From IMG/VR virus record IMGVR_UViG_3300012200_000001, positions 13,863 to 77,862 of that record: DNA of 64,000 nucleotides. One strand, written 5' to 3'. The DNA comes from a virus. Its lineage: Duplodnaviria > Caudoviricetes. Below the pieces are notes generated by a model. The model ran no database searches and was not told where the DNA came from. It saw only the letters and a program-made list of their open reading frames with translations. Numbering within the stretch: position 1 is the stretch's first letter; the number at the start of each line of letters is the position of its first letter. Shown here in pieces: positions 1 to 8,429 of the stretch. Position numbers and translations under genes: made by a program.

Positions 1-1
1 C

Positions 2-952
2 ATTGGCGTGATCGACGATCCGATCAAAGGACGCGCCGAGGCTAGCTCTCAGCTGATACGCGACAAGACGTGGAGTTGGATGACCGACGATTTCATGACG
101 CGGTTCTCTGATCGGGCCGCGCTGCTGATGATCATGACTCGCTGGCACTTGGACGATCCGGCTGGTCGATTAATGGAGAACCATCCTGATGTGCGTGTGT
201 GTCGTTATCCGGCGCTGGCCGAGGAAGACGAGAGAGCTGCCGACGGCACATTGTTGCGCAAGAAGGGCGTGCCGCTATTTCCCGAACTCAAATCATTGGA
301 GTTCCTCGAGAAACAACGTGGCTTGATGACCTTGGCGGGCTGGCAATCGGTATATCAGCAAGCACCGATCATTGTCGGCGGCGAGATGTTTCCGGTCGAC
401 AAGGCGGTGGTCATCCCAGAGCGTCCAGCGCAAGCCGATGTGCAGGCTGCTGTGCGCTATTGGGACAAGGCTGGGACCAAGGATGGCGGTGCATATACGG
501 CTGGCGTCCTGATGCTGCGCATGCGCGATGATACGTACGTCGTTGTTGATGTGAGGCGTGGGCGCTGGTCAGCATTGGATCGTGAGCGGATGATTAGGCA
601 GACTGCCGAGGTCGATCAAAAGCTCTATCACCTGACCAGGATTTATCTTGAGCAGGAGCCGGGCTCGGGCGGCAAGGAGAGCGCCGAGTCGAGCGTCAGG
701 ATGCTTGCCGGTTTCAGCGTCGAGGCGGATCGGGTGATCGGAGCGAAGGAGGTGCGTGCGGATCCGTTCGCAGCGCAGTGGCAGGCGGGCAATGTGCGGC
801 TTGTGCTCGGAGATTGGAACCGGGATTATCTGGACGAGCACGAGCACTTTCCGGTTGGCAAGTACAAGGATCAGGTCGATGCATCTACTGGCGCGTTCAA
901 CAAGATCGCGAGCAAGTATCGATATCCGTCCACGATGGATTGGGTGGGATGA
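2..952 (+). CDS. terL: Terminase large subunit, C-terminal part (5' end lies outside the window)
   Basis: Frame is open from the window edge. It has the Walker-B-like IDDPIKG, coupling motif MTRWHLDD, and RNase H-like nuclease motifs YWDKAG, YLEQEPGSGGK and DQVDAS. Confidence 0.93.
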   Translation: MGVIDDPIKGRAEASSQLIRDKTWSWMTDDFMTRFSDRAALLMIMTRWHLDDPAGRLMENHPDVRVCRYPALAEEDERAADGTLLRKKGVPLFPELKSLEFLEKQRGLMTLAGWQSVYQQAPIIVGGEMFPVDKAVVIPERPAQADVQAAVRYWDKAGTKDGGAYTAGVLMLRMRDDTYVVVDVRRGRWSALDRERMIRQTAEVDQKLYHLTRIYLEQEPGSGGKESAESSVRMLAGFSVEADRVIGAKEVRADPFAAQWQAGNVRLVLGDWNRDYLDEHEHFPVGKYKDQVDASTGAFNKIASKYRYPSTMDWVG

Positions 953-974
953 TGTGGATTAGATTGCGGAAGAA

Positions 975-1223
975 ATGGCATCATGTGCAGTGGTGTGGAT
1001 GGTGTCTATATGTGAACGGAACAAGGTGGATGTGATGTATATTTACTGTCCCAATGATCCCGAGCGCGTCTTCGGCACTCATACATGGATTGCGACCTGG
1101 CAGGGTCGGCTTGGCGATGAGCACCTACCGACACACTGTAAGAAGTGTGGCGCAGCGTTGACGCAACGCGCGAGTCCGAGTTTTCAACCTGTTTACATTG
1201 AATCTGATGAACCACGGTTTTGA
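975..1223 (+). CDS. Small hypothetical protein with possible Zn-ribbon (true start may be later)
   Basis: ORF directly after terL with YCP...H...CKKCG cysteine pattern. Confidence 0.5.
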   Translation: MASCAVVWMVSICERNKVDVMYIYCPNDPERVFGTHTWIATWQGRLGDEHLPTHCKKCGAALTQRASPSFQPVYIESDEPRF

Positions 1224-1226
1224 AGA

Positions 1227-1511
1227 TTGGATAATGCTTGGGGCGGTAGTGTTGGTTGCGCTGATGATAATCGGTGCAATGTTGCTGATCGGGTTACGAG
1301 GACTGTGAAATCGATGGCCCGGAAGATGAAACTGCATGACCTTGAATGCACGTTGATCCACGAGACTGACGGCGCGGTTCTGGTCACTGTGGACGGCGAG
1401 CACAAAGCGTGGCTTCCCAAGAGTGCAATCGAGGTCGAGCGAACGGAAGGCAGCAATGTCGTCGTCATAACCGCACCGGAAGAGCTGCTGGTCGATAAGG
1501 AATTGGTATGA
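1227..1511 (+). CDS. Conserved phage hypothetical protein (true start probably later)
   Basis: ETDGAVLVTVDGEHKAWLPKSAIEVE is a motif typical of small beta-rich phage proteins. Confidence 0.65.
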   Translation: MDNAWGGSVGCADDNRCNVADRVTRTVKSMARKMKLHDLECTLIHETDGAVLVTVDGEHKAWLPKSAIEVERTEGSNVVVITAPEELLVDKELV

Positions 1512-1543
1512 CGGCACGCAACATCGTCGTCATGGGTGTCGCG

Positions 1544-1580
1544 AAAAAAATCCCCCAGCCCGGTTAAGAGCTGGGGGTTT
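1544..1580 (-). terminator. Rho-independent terminator for the minus-strand gene 1584-2078, possibly bidirectional
   Basis: Stem CCCCCAGC/GCTGGGGG with a 7-nt A tract on the left (T tract on the minus strand) and TTT on the right. Confidence 0.8.
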
Positions 1581-1583
1581 GAG

Positions 1584-2078
1584 TTAGCGTTTGGTCGGAT
1601 GGAAGCCCATCGCTTTCATCCGCTTCTGCCTATCGAGCTGTCCCTCGACTTTCTGCAGCAGGTTTGGATCATCGGCGAGCTTCACCGGATTGACCGGTTT
1701 GCGCTTGGGCTCACGGCGCAAGTTCTTGGGTATGTCGAGGCCGTCATCCGGCACTCGCTCACCCTTGCCGTTGAAGCCCGGAGCGGGACCAAGTACGCCG
1801 AGCTGTGTGGTTGGATCAACCTTGACTGACTTAGGCTTGGTTGATCCAACCAGAGTATTGGCAGCCTCGGCTTTCGCTTTCACGATTGCCTTGTCGGCTC
1901 TGCGCCTCTTGCCGTTCATCACGGCGAGACGCTTGAGCCAGCGCTTGGCTGCCTTGTCGTGTTTCTCGAATGTGCGTTCGGCACGCTCGATGGTCACGAG
2001 AAGCTTTTCGCGCCGCGCTTCCATGCGGTCCAACTTTTTGTCCGGTGAGTTGACAACCGGCGCGGGAGATTGTTTCAT
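1584..2078 (-). CDS. Basic coiled-coil hypothetical protein, stand-alone antisense gene
   Basis: 164-aa Lys/Arg-rich ORF. GGGAG RBS precedes the ATG, and it has its own promoter and terminator. Confidence 0.75.
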   Translation of the reverse strand: MKQSPAPVVNSPDKKLDRMEARREKLLVTIERAERTFEKHDKAAKRWLKRLAVMNGKRRRADKAIVKAKAEAANTLVGSTKPKSVKVDPTTQLGVLGPAPGFNGKGERVPDDGLDIPKNLRREPKRKPVNPVKLADDPNLLQKVEGQLDRQKRMKAMGFHPTKR

Positions 2079-2118
2079 TCTCCCACCTCTGTTTCCGTGA
2101 ACACATAAGTGATCCGGG

Positions 2119-2148
2119 CCTCGGGCGCGTCAACGCCCGGGGTTTTCT
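2119..2148 (+). terminator. Probable rho-independent terminator
   Basis: 9-bp stem CCTCGGGCG/CGCCCGGGG (with one G-U pair) followed by TTTTCT. Confidence 0.6.
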
Positions 2149-2208
2149 GTTCGTGGTTCACAATGTCAAACATCCCGGTCAATCGAGACGACCTCGACTG
2201 AACGATGC

Positions 2209-2217
2209 ATTATAGCA
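2209..2217 (-). promoter_or_regulatory. Extended -10 sigma70-type promoter element for gene 1584-2078
   Basis: Minus strand reads TGCTATAAT (TGn + TATAAT) about 130 nt upstream of the start codon. Confidence 0.55.
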
Positions 2218-2512
2218 AATCGACTTTTGGGATTTTCCGATTTGACGCGACTCGCATGCAAGAAACCCGCATGATATAAGGCTTAGTGCGACGTGTTTCG
2301 AAAACTTGACATAGGTGGAATCGTGGTAACTACTGCGTCAATTGCAGTGGGCGATTCAAGAACCGCCCATTCCATCGAACTTGGTCGAGGCTAAAAAAAT
2401 ATTTATGGACGAAGGGTGAGCTATGTGTGGATGGGCACCGTTTGGGGCCTACGCTGGCGTGCTGATATGTTTGCTAATCCTCATCGTTCGTTTTTACGTC
2501 AAGAGGAAGTAG

Positions 2513-3085
2513 ATGCAGGAGCAGCCGGATCTTCGCACCTGGGATGCGTGGCATCTCACGCATCAACCGTTTGAGCTTCAGTGGTGGAAGGATCATCTTG
2601 CGAATGGCCACTCGCTAGACGATGCCGAATTCCTGAAAGTCTGGAGTGAGGTTAGGGAATTTATTAAGCCGTACGGTGTCGTCCTCGATATTGGCTGCGG
2701 TCCTCGTCCACCATTTGCGCCTTGCATTGCTATCGAGCCGCTCGCGCTCGAGTATCGCAAGTTGGTGCCGCCGGAGTGGTGGTACGGCGTGGAGGTTCAC
2801 GCGCACCCTGCCGAATTTCTGATCGACAAGCTGCATGCGAACACGGTGATCTGCTGGAACTGCATCGATCACACAATCGGCTGGTGCGCGATCCTCGACA
2901 ACATGCTTGCGTATGGCGACAAGAGGACTCGCTATGCGCTGGCGACCGACTTCTGGGAGCCGTTCGTTGGGCATCCCGGCTTCGAGCGTCAGGAGTTCAT
3001 GGCCGAGGTCGAGAAGCGTTTCGAGATAATCGACAAGCGTGAGCCGTTCGGCAGGGAGCTGGCGCTTATCATGATCAAGCGGTAG
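2513..3085 (+). CDS. Class I SAM-dependent methyltransferase-like protein
   Basis: Motif I VVLDIGCGP, acidic motif II IAIEP, and post-II VICWNCIDH. Confidence 0.75.
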   Translation: MQEQPDLRTWDAWHLTHQPFELQWWKDHLANGHSLDDAEFLKVWSEVREFIKPYGVVLDIGCGPRPPFAPCIAIEPLALEYRKLVPPEWWYGVEVHAHPAEFLIDKLHANTVICWNCIDHTIGWCAILDNMLAYGDKRTRYALATDFWEPFVGHPGFERQEFMAEVEKRFEIIDKREPFGRELALIMIKR

Positions 3086-3094
3086 GGAGGGTAT

Positions 3095-3307
3095 ATGAAG
3101 GCGAGCATAGAGGTTAAAGATCGTCGTGAGGCGGATGCTATTCGCACCGGACTGGATGATCCGGCGGTGCGAGCATTCGTCGTCATCATGGGCACGCTCA
3201 AGCCATTGAGTAAGCGCGCTCAGGCGCGTGTGCTGCATTACGTGCGTGATCGTTTCGAAGAAGAGGAAGAATTAACTTCTGAAGGAAACGGCGGAAAGCT
3301 GGAGTAG
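3095..3307 (+). CDS. Hypothetical protein
   Basis: 70-aa ORF with AGGGAGG RBS. Confidence 0.7.
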   Translation: MKASIEVKDRREADAIRTGLDDPAVRAFVVIMGTLKPLSKRAQARVLHYVRDRFEEEEELTSEGNGGKLE

Positions 3308-3384
3308 GTTGACTTTCGTTTCATGGTAGAGTTCGCGATGCGAGTCGGAGTTCAGCCAACCAAAAAATTAAATTAGGAGACGAT

Positions 3385-3864
3385 GTGATGTCGGGCTCGG
3401 GGTTGGTGCAGTTCCTGGTAAACGTAATTGCGCTGCTGGCGGCAGGCGGCATATTTTTTCTCTCAATCGACAAAGTGGCACCGGATGAGTTCTTTGCCCG
3501 CATTGCCAAGATCGCAATCGGAGCTTTGTTATTGATTGGGCTTGTGGTCACCATTGCTGCGGTCTTCGGATTGGCATCTGGGGTTACGGTTTCGCCATTG
3601 GGCATCGTGTGGTTTGCGGTTGCGGTGATCGTCGCTGTGGTCATTCTCTACATCATCAACCTGGTCATCGATTGGATCGGGAGAAACATGGGCGGCGGCC
3701 CGTGGATCACGCCGGTTAAGTACGTGTTGGGAGCGATAGTTCTGGTCGGTTTGTTAGTCGCTGCTGCCAACATGCTGTTCGGCTATAAGGTGCCTCTTCA
3801 ATTCGGAACTACACTATCCTCCGATAACGGCTCCGGACATTTGCGTAGATTGCAGGTGATGTGA
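3385..3864 (+). CDS. Four-TM membrane protein with an internal duplication
   Basis: Two similar halves, each with two hydrophobic helices ending in ..FG. AGGAG RBS. Confidence 0.75.
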   Translation: MMSGSGLVQFLVNVIALLAAGGIFFLSIDKVAPDEFFARIAKIAIGALLLIGLVVTIAAVFGLASGVTVSPLGIVWFAVAVIVAVVILYIINLVIDWIGRNMGGGPWITPVKYVLGAIVLVGLLVAAANMLFGYKVPLQFGTTLSSDNGSGHLRRLQVM

Positions 3865-4325
3865 TGCTTAAATCGCCGCGAGGGAACGGTGGGATGGGCT
3901 CGGCGGCGTTCCCGTCTCATCGTTTGCCTACGCTGGCATCGATGGCACAGAACGACATCGTCGATAGGAATACTCTGCGCGCCGATGTTCCGTGTGGAAA
4001 GTGTCAGCTCTGTTGCAAGACGCTGATCGTGCCGTTGGCCGAAGAGGAGTACGAGAAATATGATTGGGCTTGGATCACAGCACGAGATGGAACACGATTG
4101 GGTCGTGCTTTGCAGCGGAAGCCGAACGGTGATTGCGTGTACTTGGCTGAAAACGGCTGTTCAATCCATGGCCAAGCACCACACGTGTGCCAGCGATTTG
4201 ATTGTCGTGAGCTGTTCCTCAAATCGGATCGTGCGGGACGCCGTCAAGCTGTGAAGAGCGGCAAGATATCGAAGGAGTTATTCGACAAAGGCCACGAGAT
4301 GCTGGAGCAGACACGCGATGACTGA
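3861..4325 (+). CDS. YkgJ-like cysteine cluster (Zn/Fe-S) protein
   Basis: CGKCQLCC...CVYL...GCSIH...P..C..FDC pattern. Confidence 0.8.
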   Translation: MMLKSPRGNGGMGSAAFPSHRLPTLASMAQNDIVDRNTLRADVPCGKCQLCCKTLIVPLAEEEYEKYDWAWITARDGTRLGRALQRKPNGDCVYLAENGCSIHGQAPHVCQRFDCRELFLKSDRAGRRQAVKSGKISKELFDKGHEMLEQTRDD

Positions 4326-4434
4326 GCATCTACTTATGTTCGCATTAGGATTTGGCAGTGGCGTAGTCTGTATGACGCTGATCGCTTTCGTGGATGGCTG
4401 TGCCAGGTTCACAAAATAGGAGGCAGATCACGAA

Positions 4435-4650
4435 ATGACATATGGCGAGAAAGCAGTAGGGCTGAGCTTCAACCCGAGCGGCGATCACGACGTCGAGCGA
4501 ATTAAAAAGCTCTATGCCGAGATCATCGACTACTGCGACGACGCTCGTTCCGGCTCAAGCAGCGAGAAGGCGCGACTGTACTCGGTGGCGATCATCGAGG
4601 CGCAGACGGCGCAGATGTGGGCGGTGAAGGCGATCACGTGGAAGGACTAG
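4435..4650 (+). CDS. Small helical-hairpin protein, candidate Acb2/Tad1-like nucleotide sponge
   Basis: GEKAVGLSFNPSG...SVAIIEAQTAQMWAVKAITW. The C-terminal helix resembles the Acb2/Tad1 hairpin. AGGAGG RBS. Confidence 0.55.
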   Translation: MTYGEKAVGLSFNPSGDHDVERIKKLYAEIIDYCDDARSGSSSEKARLYSVAIIEAQTAQMWAVKAITWKD

Positions 4651-4809
4651 ATGAGCCTTATTCGTATTTATCTAACGACGGCGTACACATTGACGATGGC
4701 CGGTGAGTTCGCCTTGCTTAGAGAGTACATCGTTGGCGCGATGAAAGTTCTAAACGCCAAAGAGGTCATCATCATTCCGGGTGTCCCGCAGGACAAGCCG
4801 ATCAACTAA
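4651..4809 (+). CDS. Small hypothetical protein (52 aa, below the ORF-track cutoff)
   Basis: ATG abuts the previous stop and the ORF fills the gap to the next RBS. Translation begins MSLIRIYLTTAY. Confidence 0.45.
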   Translation: MSLIRIYLTTAYTLTMAGEFALLREYIVGAMKVLNAKEVIIIPGVPQDKPIN

Positions 4810-4821
4810 AGGAGAAAAATT

Positions 4822-5169
4822 ATGGTCGATTTCACTACCGAGCAGAAGCTTCCGTTCACTTTCGTTGTTAGGGATGGTCGTGGACGCCCCGCCGCCATCG
4901 ACGGCGCTCCGACTGCTGCGTCGTCTGACGAGACCGTGGCCAAAGTGTCGGAGCTTACTTCCACCGACAACATCACGTGGAGTGGCGAGGCCGTTAGTGT
5001 TTTGGCGGGTACATGTCGCATTGTCGTGACGGCGGATGCCGACACCACGCCGGAGGGCGTGCAAGATGTGATGGGGGCGATTGATTGCAACGTGACGCTC
5101 GATCCTCGCACCAGCGCTCGCGTTGTCACCATGGATCCCGGTACTCCGGTCGATAAGCCGGTCATTTAA
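4822..5169 (+). CDS. Ig-like beta-sandwich protein
   Basis: AAGGAG RBS. Thr/Val-rich with SSDETVAKV and GTCRIVVTAD, as in Big-type Ig domains. Confidence 0.6.
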   Translation: MVDFTTEQKLPFTFVVRDGRGRPAAIDGAPTAASSDETVAKVSELTSTDNITWSGEAVSVLAGTCRIVVTADADTTPEGVQDVMGAIDCNVTLDPRTSARVVTMDPGTPVDKPVI

Positions 5170-5292
5170 GAGGTTCGCCTCGCCCGCCGGGTCTAATCGG
5201 CGTGACCTGGGATGAGGCGGAGGTGGTCGGTGGCGTTGATGGTAGAGGGTCTGCCGGAGCCACCGACCCCGGTTAGGTGAAAGGGAGCGACG

Positions 5293-5649
5293 GTGTGGCG
5301 TCTAGAAGATTTGACTGTGCCGCAGCGGATCGTCGCGACGGTGGTCATAGTTATTGCCGCTCTCTTGGTATTGTTCGTTGTAGGGATGTTCACGGTGGAG
5401 GGGCAGCCAATCGCCCTCGTGCCGCCGAGATTCGAGAGCCACCTAATCAAACTGGATAGGGAGGCAATCGACGAAGCGTACAAAGCGCACATCAGGAGGT
5501 TGTTCGATATCTGGGTGACGGACTATGCCGCGAATATTGGTCAGCCCCCTCGAGCGGTGAAGGGAGCCAACAATGCCAGAGGCGCGTATGTTCAATCTAT
5601 AACCGCGATTGAGAAGCGAGAATCAGTTCTCGCACCGGAGAGCAAATGA
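5293..5649 (+). CDS. Membrane-anchored protein upstream of the endolysin
   Basis: One N-terminal TM helix. Its stop overlaps the endolysin start (ATGA). Confidence 0.65.
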   Translation: MWRLEDLTVPQRIVATVVIVIAALLVLFVVGMFTVEGQPIALVPPRFESHLIKLDREAIDEAYKAHIRRLFDIWVTDYAANIGQPPRAVKGANNARGAYVQSITAIEKRESVLAPESK

Positions 5650-7172
5650 AAATAGTCATCAGTTCGGGGCACGGCTTGCACATCCGCGGGGCCGCGGGTC
5701 CAGAGCCTTGGGGCCTCGATGAGGTTGACGAGGCGCGTCGGGTCGTTGAGCAGGTCGCGACTGTGCTGCGGGGCGGTGGTGTCGATACGACCACTTACCA
5801 TGATGATGTCAGCGACGACCAGAATGAGAATCTCAACCGCATCGTCGATTTCCATAACAGCAAGACGCGCGACCTCGATATTTCGGTCCACTTCAACGCC
5901 AATGTGAGTACCAGCAAACCAGTAGGGACCGAGTGTTGGTATGTAACGCAGAGCACGCTGGCGGAAGCGGTTGCGACCGCTGTTGCCGATGCTGGTCACC
6001 TGATTGATCGAGGGCCGAAAAAAAGCACCTCGCTTTTCTTCCTCAATAATACTGAGGAGCCCGCGATTTTGATCGAGGTATGTTTTGTGGACAGCAAGGC
6101 CGACGCCGACCTATATCGGGGGAATTTTAATTCTATAGCTACGGCAATCGCGCAGGCGGTGTCAGGCGAGGCGATACAGCCGGGGCCAACACCGCCGCCT
6201 GTCCCTGAGCCCGTGCCGCCATCTGGCGATAGACCGACGCTGCAAAAAGGGGACAAAGGGCCTTACGTTTCTGAGCTGCAGAAGTCGCTGGGCGTGCTCA
6301 ATGCGGACGGCAATTTCGGTTCGATCACTGATACGTGGGTGCGAGCATTTCAAGCGGCATGCGGCCTGGGTGTCGATGGGAAGGTCGGGCCTAAGACTTG
6401 GGAGCAGGTTGACGATCTGGATGAGCGTGTAAGAGAGGGCGAGCCTTGTCTGCCGAAGAACGTCGCTGATCAGATTTACGCGATGGCAGCTCAATCGGAA
6501 ATCGCGGACTATGAGTGGCCGGATCGCGACATCACGCCTCCTGGATATGTGCCTGCCATGGCGATGTCCTTTGCGTATGCTGCGCGCTTATTGCAGGAGG
6601 ATGACGACGCCGTAACCATCATGGCCAAGGCGCAGGGCAGTTCCGACAAGGATGCGCTGGCTTGGTATGAGCAAGAATTCACCAAGCTCGGTATAAGCAA
6701 CAAGAAGGCTGGCATCGATACGTTGCGGCACCTATTCGTGATGATGATTGGACTTGGTCCACGCGAATCAAGTGCCCGATATTGTGAGGGTCGGGATTTA
6801 TCGGCCTCCAATGTTGAAAGTACGACAGCCGAGGCCGGTTTGTTCCAGACATCGTTCAATATCAGCAGCGCCAGCTCCGCGATCCCGCCGTTGCTTGATG
6901 AGTTCTGGCTCAACCCGAATGGGTTCCTAAAAGAGTTCAAGGAAAACGTCGAGCCGACAGCGAACAACTTGAACTGCTACGGCAGTGGCGACGGCGCGCG
7001 CTATCAGTGGCTGTCGCGGTTCTGTCCGCTGTTTCATGTGATGGTCACAGGTGTTGGTATGCGGACGCTTCGGCAGCATTGGGGTCCGATCAACCGGCGC
7101 GAGGTGACACTCAAGAAAGAGGCGGACGATCTGCTCAGGCAAGTACAGGAGTTGATTGAAGCGGTTGCGTGA
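5646..7172 (+). CDS. Modular endolysin: Amidase_3 + peptidoglycan-binding domain + lysozyme/SLT-like domain
   Basis: Zn-amidase motifs ISSGHG, E, DISVHFNA and PAILIEVCF. PGBD TLQKGDKGPYVSELQ...DGKVGPKTW. C-terminal RESS...AGLFQ. Confidence 0.88.
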   Translation: MKIVISSGHGLHIRGAAGPEPWGLDEVDEARRVVEQVATVLRGGGVDTTTYHDDVSDDQNENLNRIVDFHNSKTRDLDISVHFNANVSTSKPVGTECWYVTQSTLAEAVATAVADAGHLIDRGPKKSTSLFFLNNTEEPAILIEVCFVDSKADADLYRGNFNSIATAIAQAVSGEAIQPGPTPPPVPEPVPPSGDRPTLQKGDKGPYVSELQKSLGVLNADGNFGSITDTWVRAFQAACGLGVDGKVGPKTWEQVDDLDERVREGEPCLPKNVADQIYAMAAQSEIADYEWPDRDITPPGYVPAMAMSFAYAARLLQEDDDAVTIMAKAQGSSDKDALAWYEQEFTKLGISNKKAGIDTLRHLFVMMIGLGPRESSARYCEGRDLSASNVESTTAEAGLFQTSFNISSASSAIPPLLDEFWLNPNGFLKEFKENVEPTANNLNCYGSGDGARYQWLSRFCPLFHVMVTGVGMRTLRQHWGPINRREVTLKKEADDLLRQVQELIEAVA

Positions 7173-7329
7173 GGAGGACTTTGCTTGCCTTTCGAATCGG
7201 GATTGAGGATTAAGAAAGCGTATAGATTTTTTGCGCTCCCTCGATGGCACAACAGCGAGTTTTGTCGGATTATCTCTTGGCTAGGTGTTTCAGTCGTAAT
7301 GGTGAAATAAAAAACTAAAGGAGGATGCG

Positions 7330-7758
7330 ATGGACCCGCTCACGATTCTTCAGCTCGCAATTCAGTACGGTCCCGCAGTCAAGGCAGCCATCGATGCGGC
7401 AAGTTCGAACAGCGATCTCAGCGCGAAAATAAAAGCGCTATCGCAGCCGCTGGCTAAGATTCTTGAGACCGTGGGCGGCGCTCTATTTCCATCCGCGAAG
7501 CCCGAACTTCACGTTGTCGGCGGTGCCATCGCGGCGTTCGATCCCAACGTGACGAAGTGGCTGCAAGGCAGTCTCAATGCTCTGGTCGTACCGAGCCCGA
7601 AACTTGTGGTTGATGGGCAGTATGGTCCAAGAACCCGCGCTGCGGTGCAGGCGTTCCAGAAGCAAGCTGGGCTTGTGGTTGACGGTCTCGCCGGGCAGCT
7701 CACGCAGGCGGCCGTCATTGCGGCAGTCGGAGCGCTTACTGGGCGCAAGACAGCCTGA
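7330..7758 (+). CDS. Peptidoglycan-binding domain protein
   Basis: WLQGSLNAL...VDGQYGPRTRAAVQAFQ...VDGLAGQLT. Confidence 0.85.
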   Translation: MDPLTILQLAIQYGPAVKAAIDAASSNSDLSAKIKALSQPLAKILETVGGALFPSAKPELHVVGGAIAAFDPNVTKWLQGSLNALVVPSPKLVVDGQYGPRTRAAVQAFQKQAGLVVDGLAGQLTQAAVIAAVGALTGRKTA

Positions 7759-7770
7759 TAGGAGGCGTCT

Positions 7771-8025
7771 ATGAATTTCGACATGTGGATGCAGCTGCTG
7801 CGATACAGCCTGTTGACGCTAGGTCCTGCCGCCGCCGCAACGGGATACGCAACAGGAGAACAGTGGTCGACCATTGTCGGCGGCATCGTTTGGCTGGTGA
7901 CATTCGTCTGGGGGATTTACGTCAAATACGGCACGACCTCGGTGCCGGATCGTGTGGCGATCCGCGCGGATGTCCCGACTGTGAATCCCATCACGGGAAC
8001 AGTGAAGACGGGAGCTGGCACCTAA
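7771..8025 (+). CDS. Putative holin
   Basis: 84 aa, two TM segments, charged C-tail, located in the lysis cluster, AGGAGG RBS. Confidence 0.6.
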   Translation: MNFDMWMQLLRYSLLTLGPAAAATGYATGEQWSTIVGGIVWLVTFVWGIYVKYGTTSVPDRVAIRADVPTVNPITGTVKTGAGT

Positions 8026-8225
8026 ATATTACGGAGAGCATTTCATGGAGGTCAATTTAATTGGAGTGCTGGATGCAGTCAGAGAATGGCGTGACGCGCG
8101 CATGGCATTCTGGCCGCCTGTGATACCGCGGTTTGAACGCCACCCGCCCGAGCGGTGGGCGAGATTGGAGCAGGCAGAGCAACGACTGATGGAGTTGGCA
8201 GAAAAGATTTAAGGAGAGACTTCGC

Positions 8226-8429
8226 TTGAGAGTTCCCGAGCGTCCAGTGTGGGCTAAGATTTACAAGGGGAGCGCGCATACGCCAAGCTGGCAAGATCAG
8301 CAGCTTGTGGCTGTGACAAGGCACACGTTGCACTTAGCGCGCTCGGCGCTACGGACACAGAACGCGATGGATTATTATGACAACTACGGTGCCGCCGAGC
8401 GCGAGATAAACGAAGCGCTGCAAGAATGA
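8226..8429 (+). CDS. Hypothetical protein
   Basis: AAGGAG RBS with TTG start. Its stop overlaps the next start. Confidence 0.55.
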   Translation: MRVPERPVWAKIYKGSAHTPSWQDQQLVAVTRHTLHLARSALRTQNAMDYYDNYGAAEREINEALQE

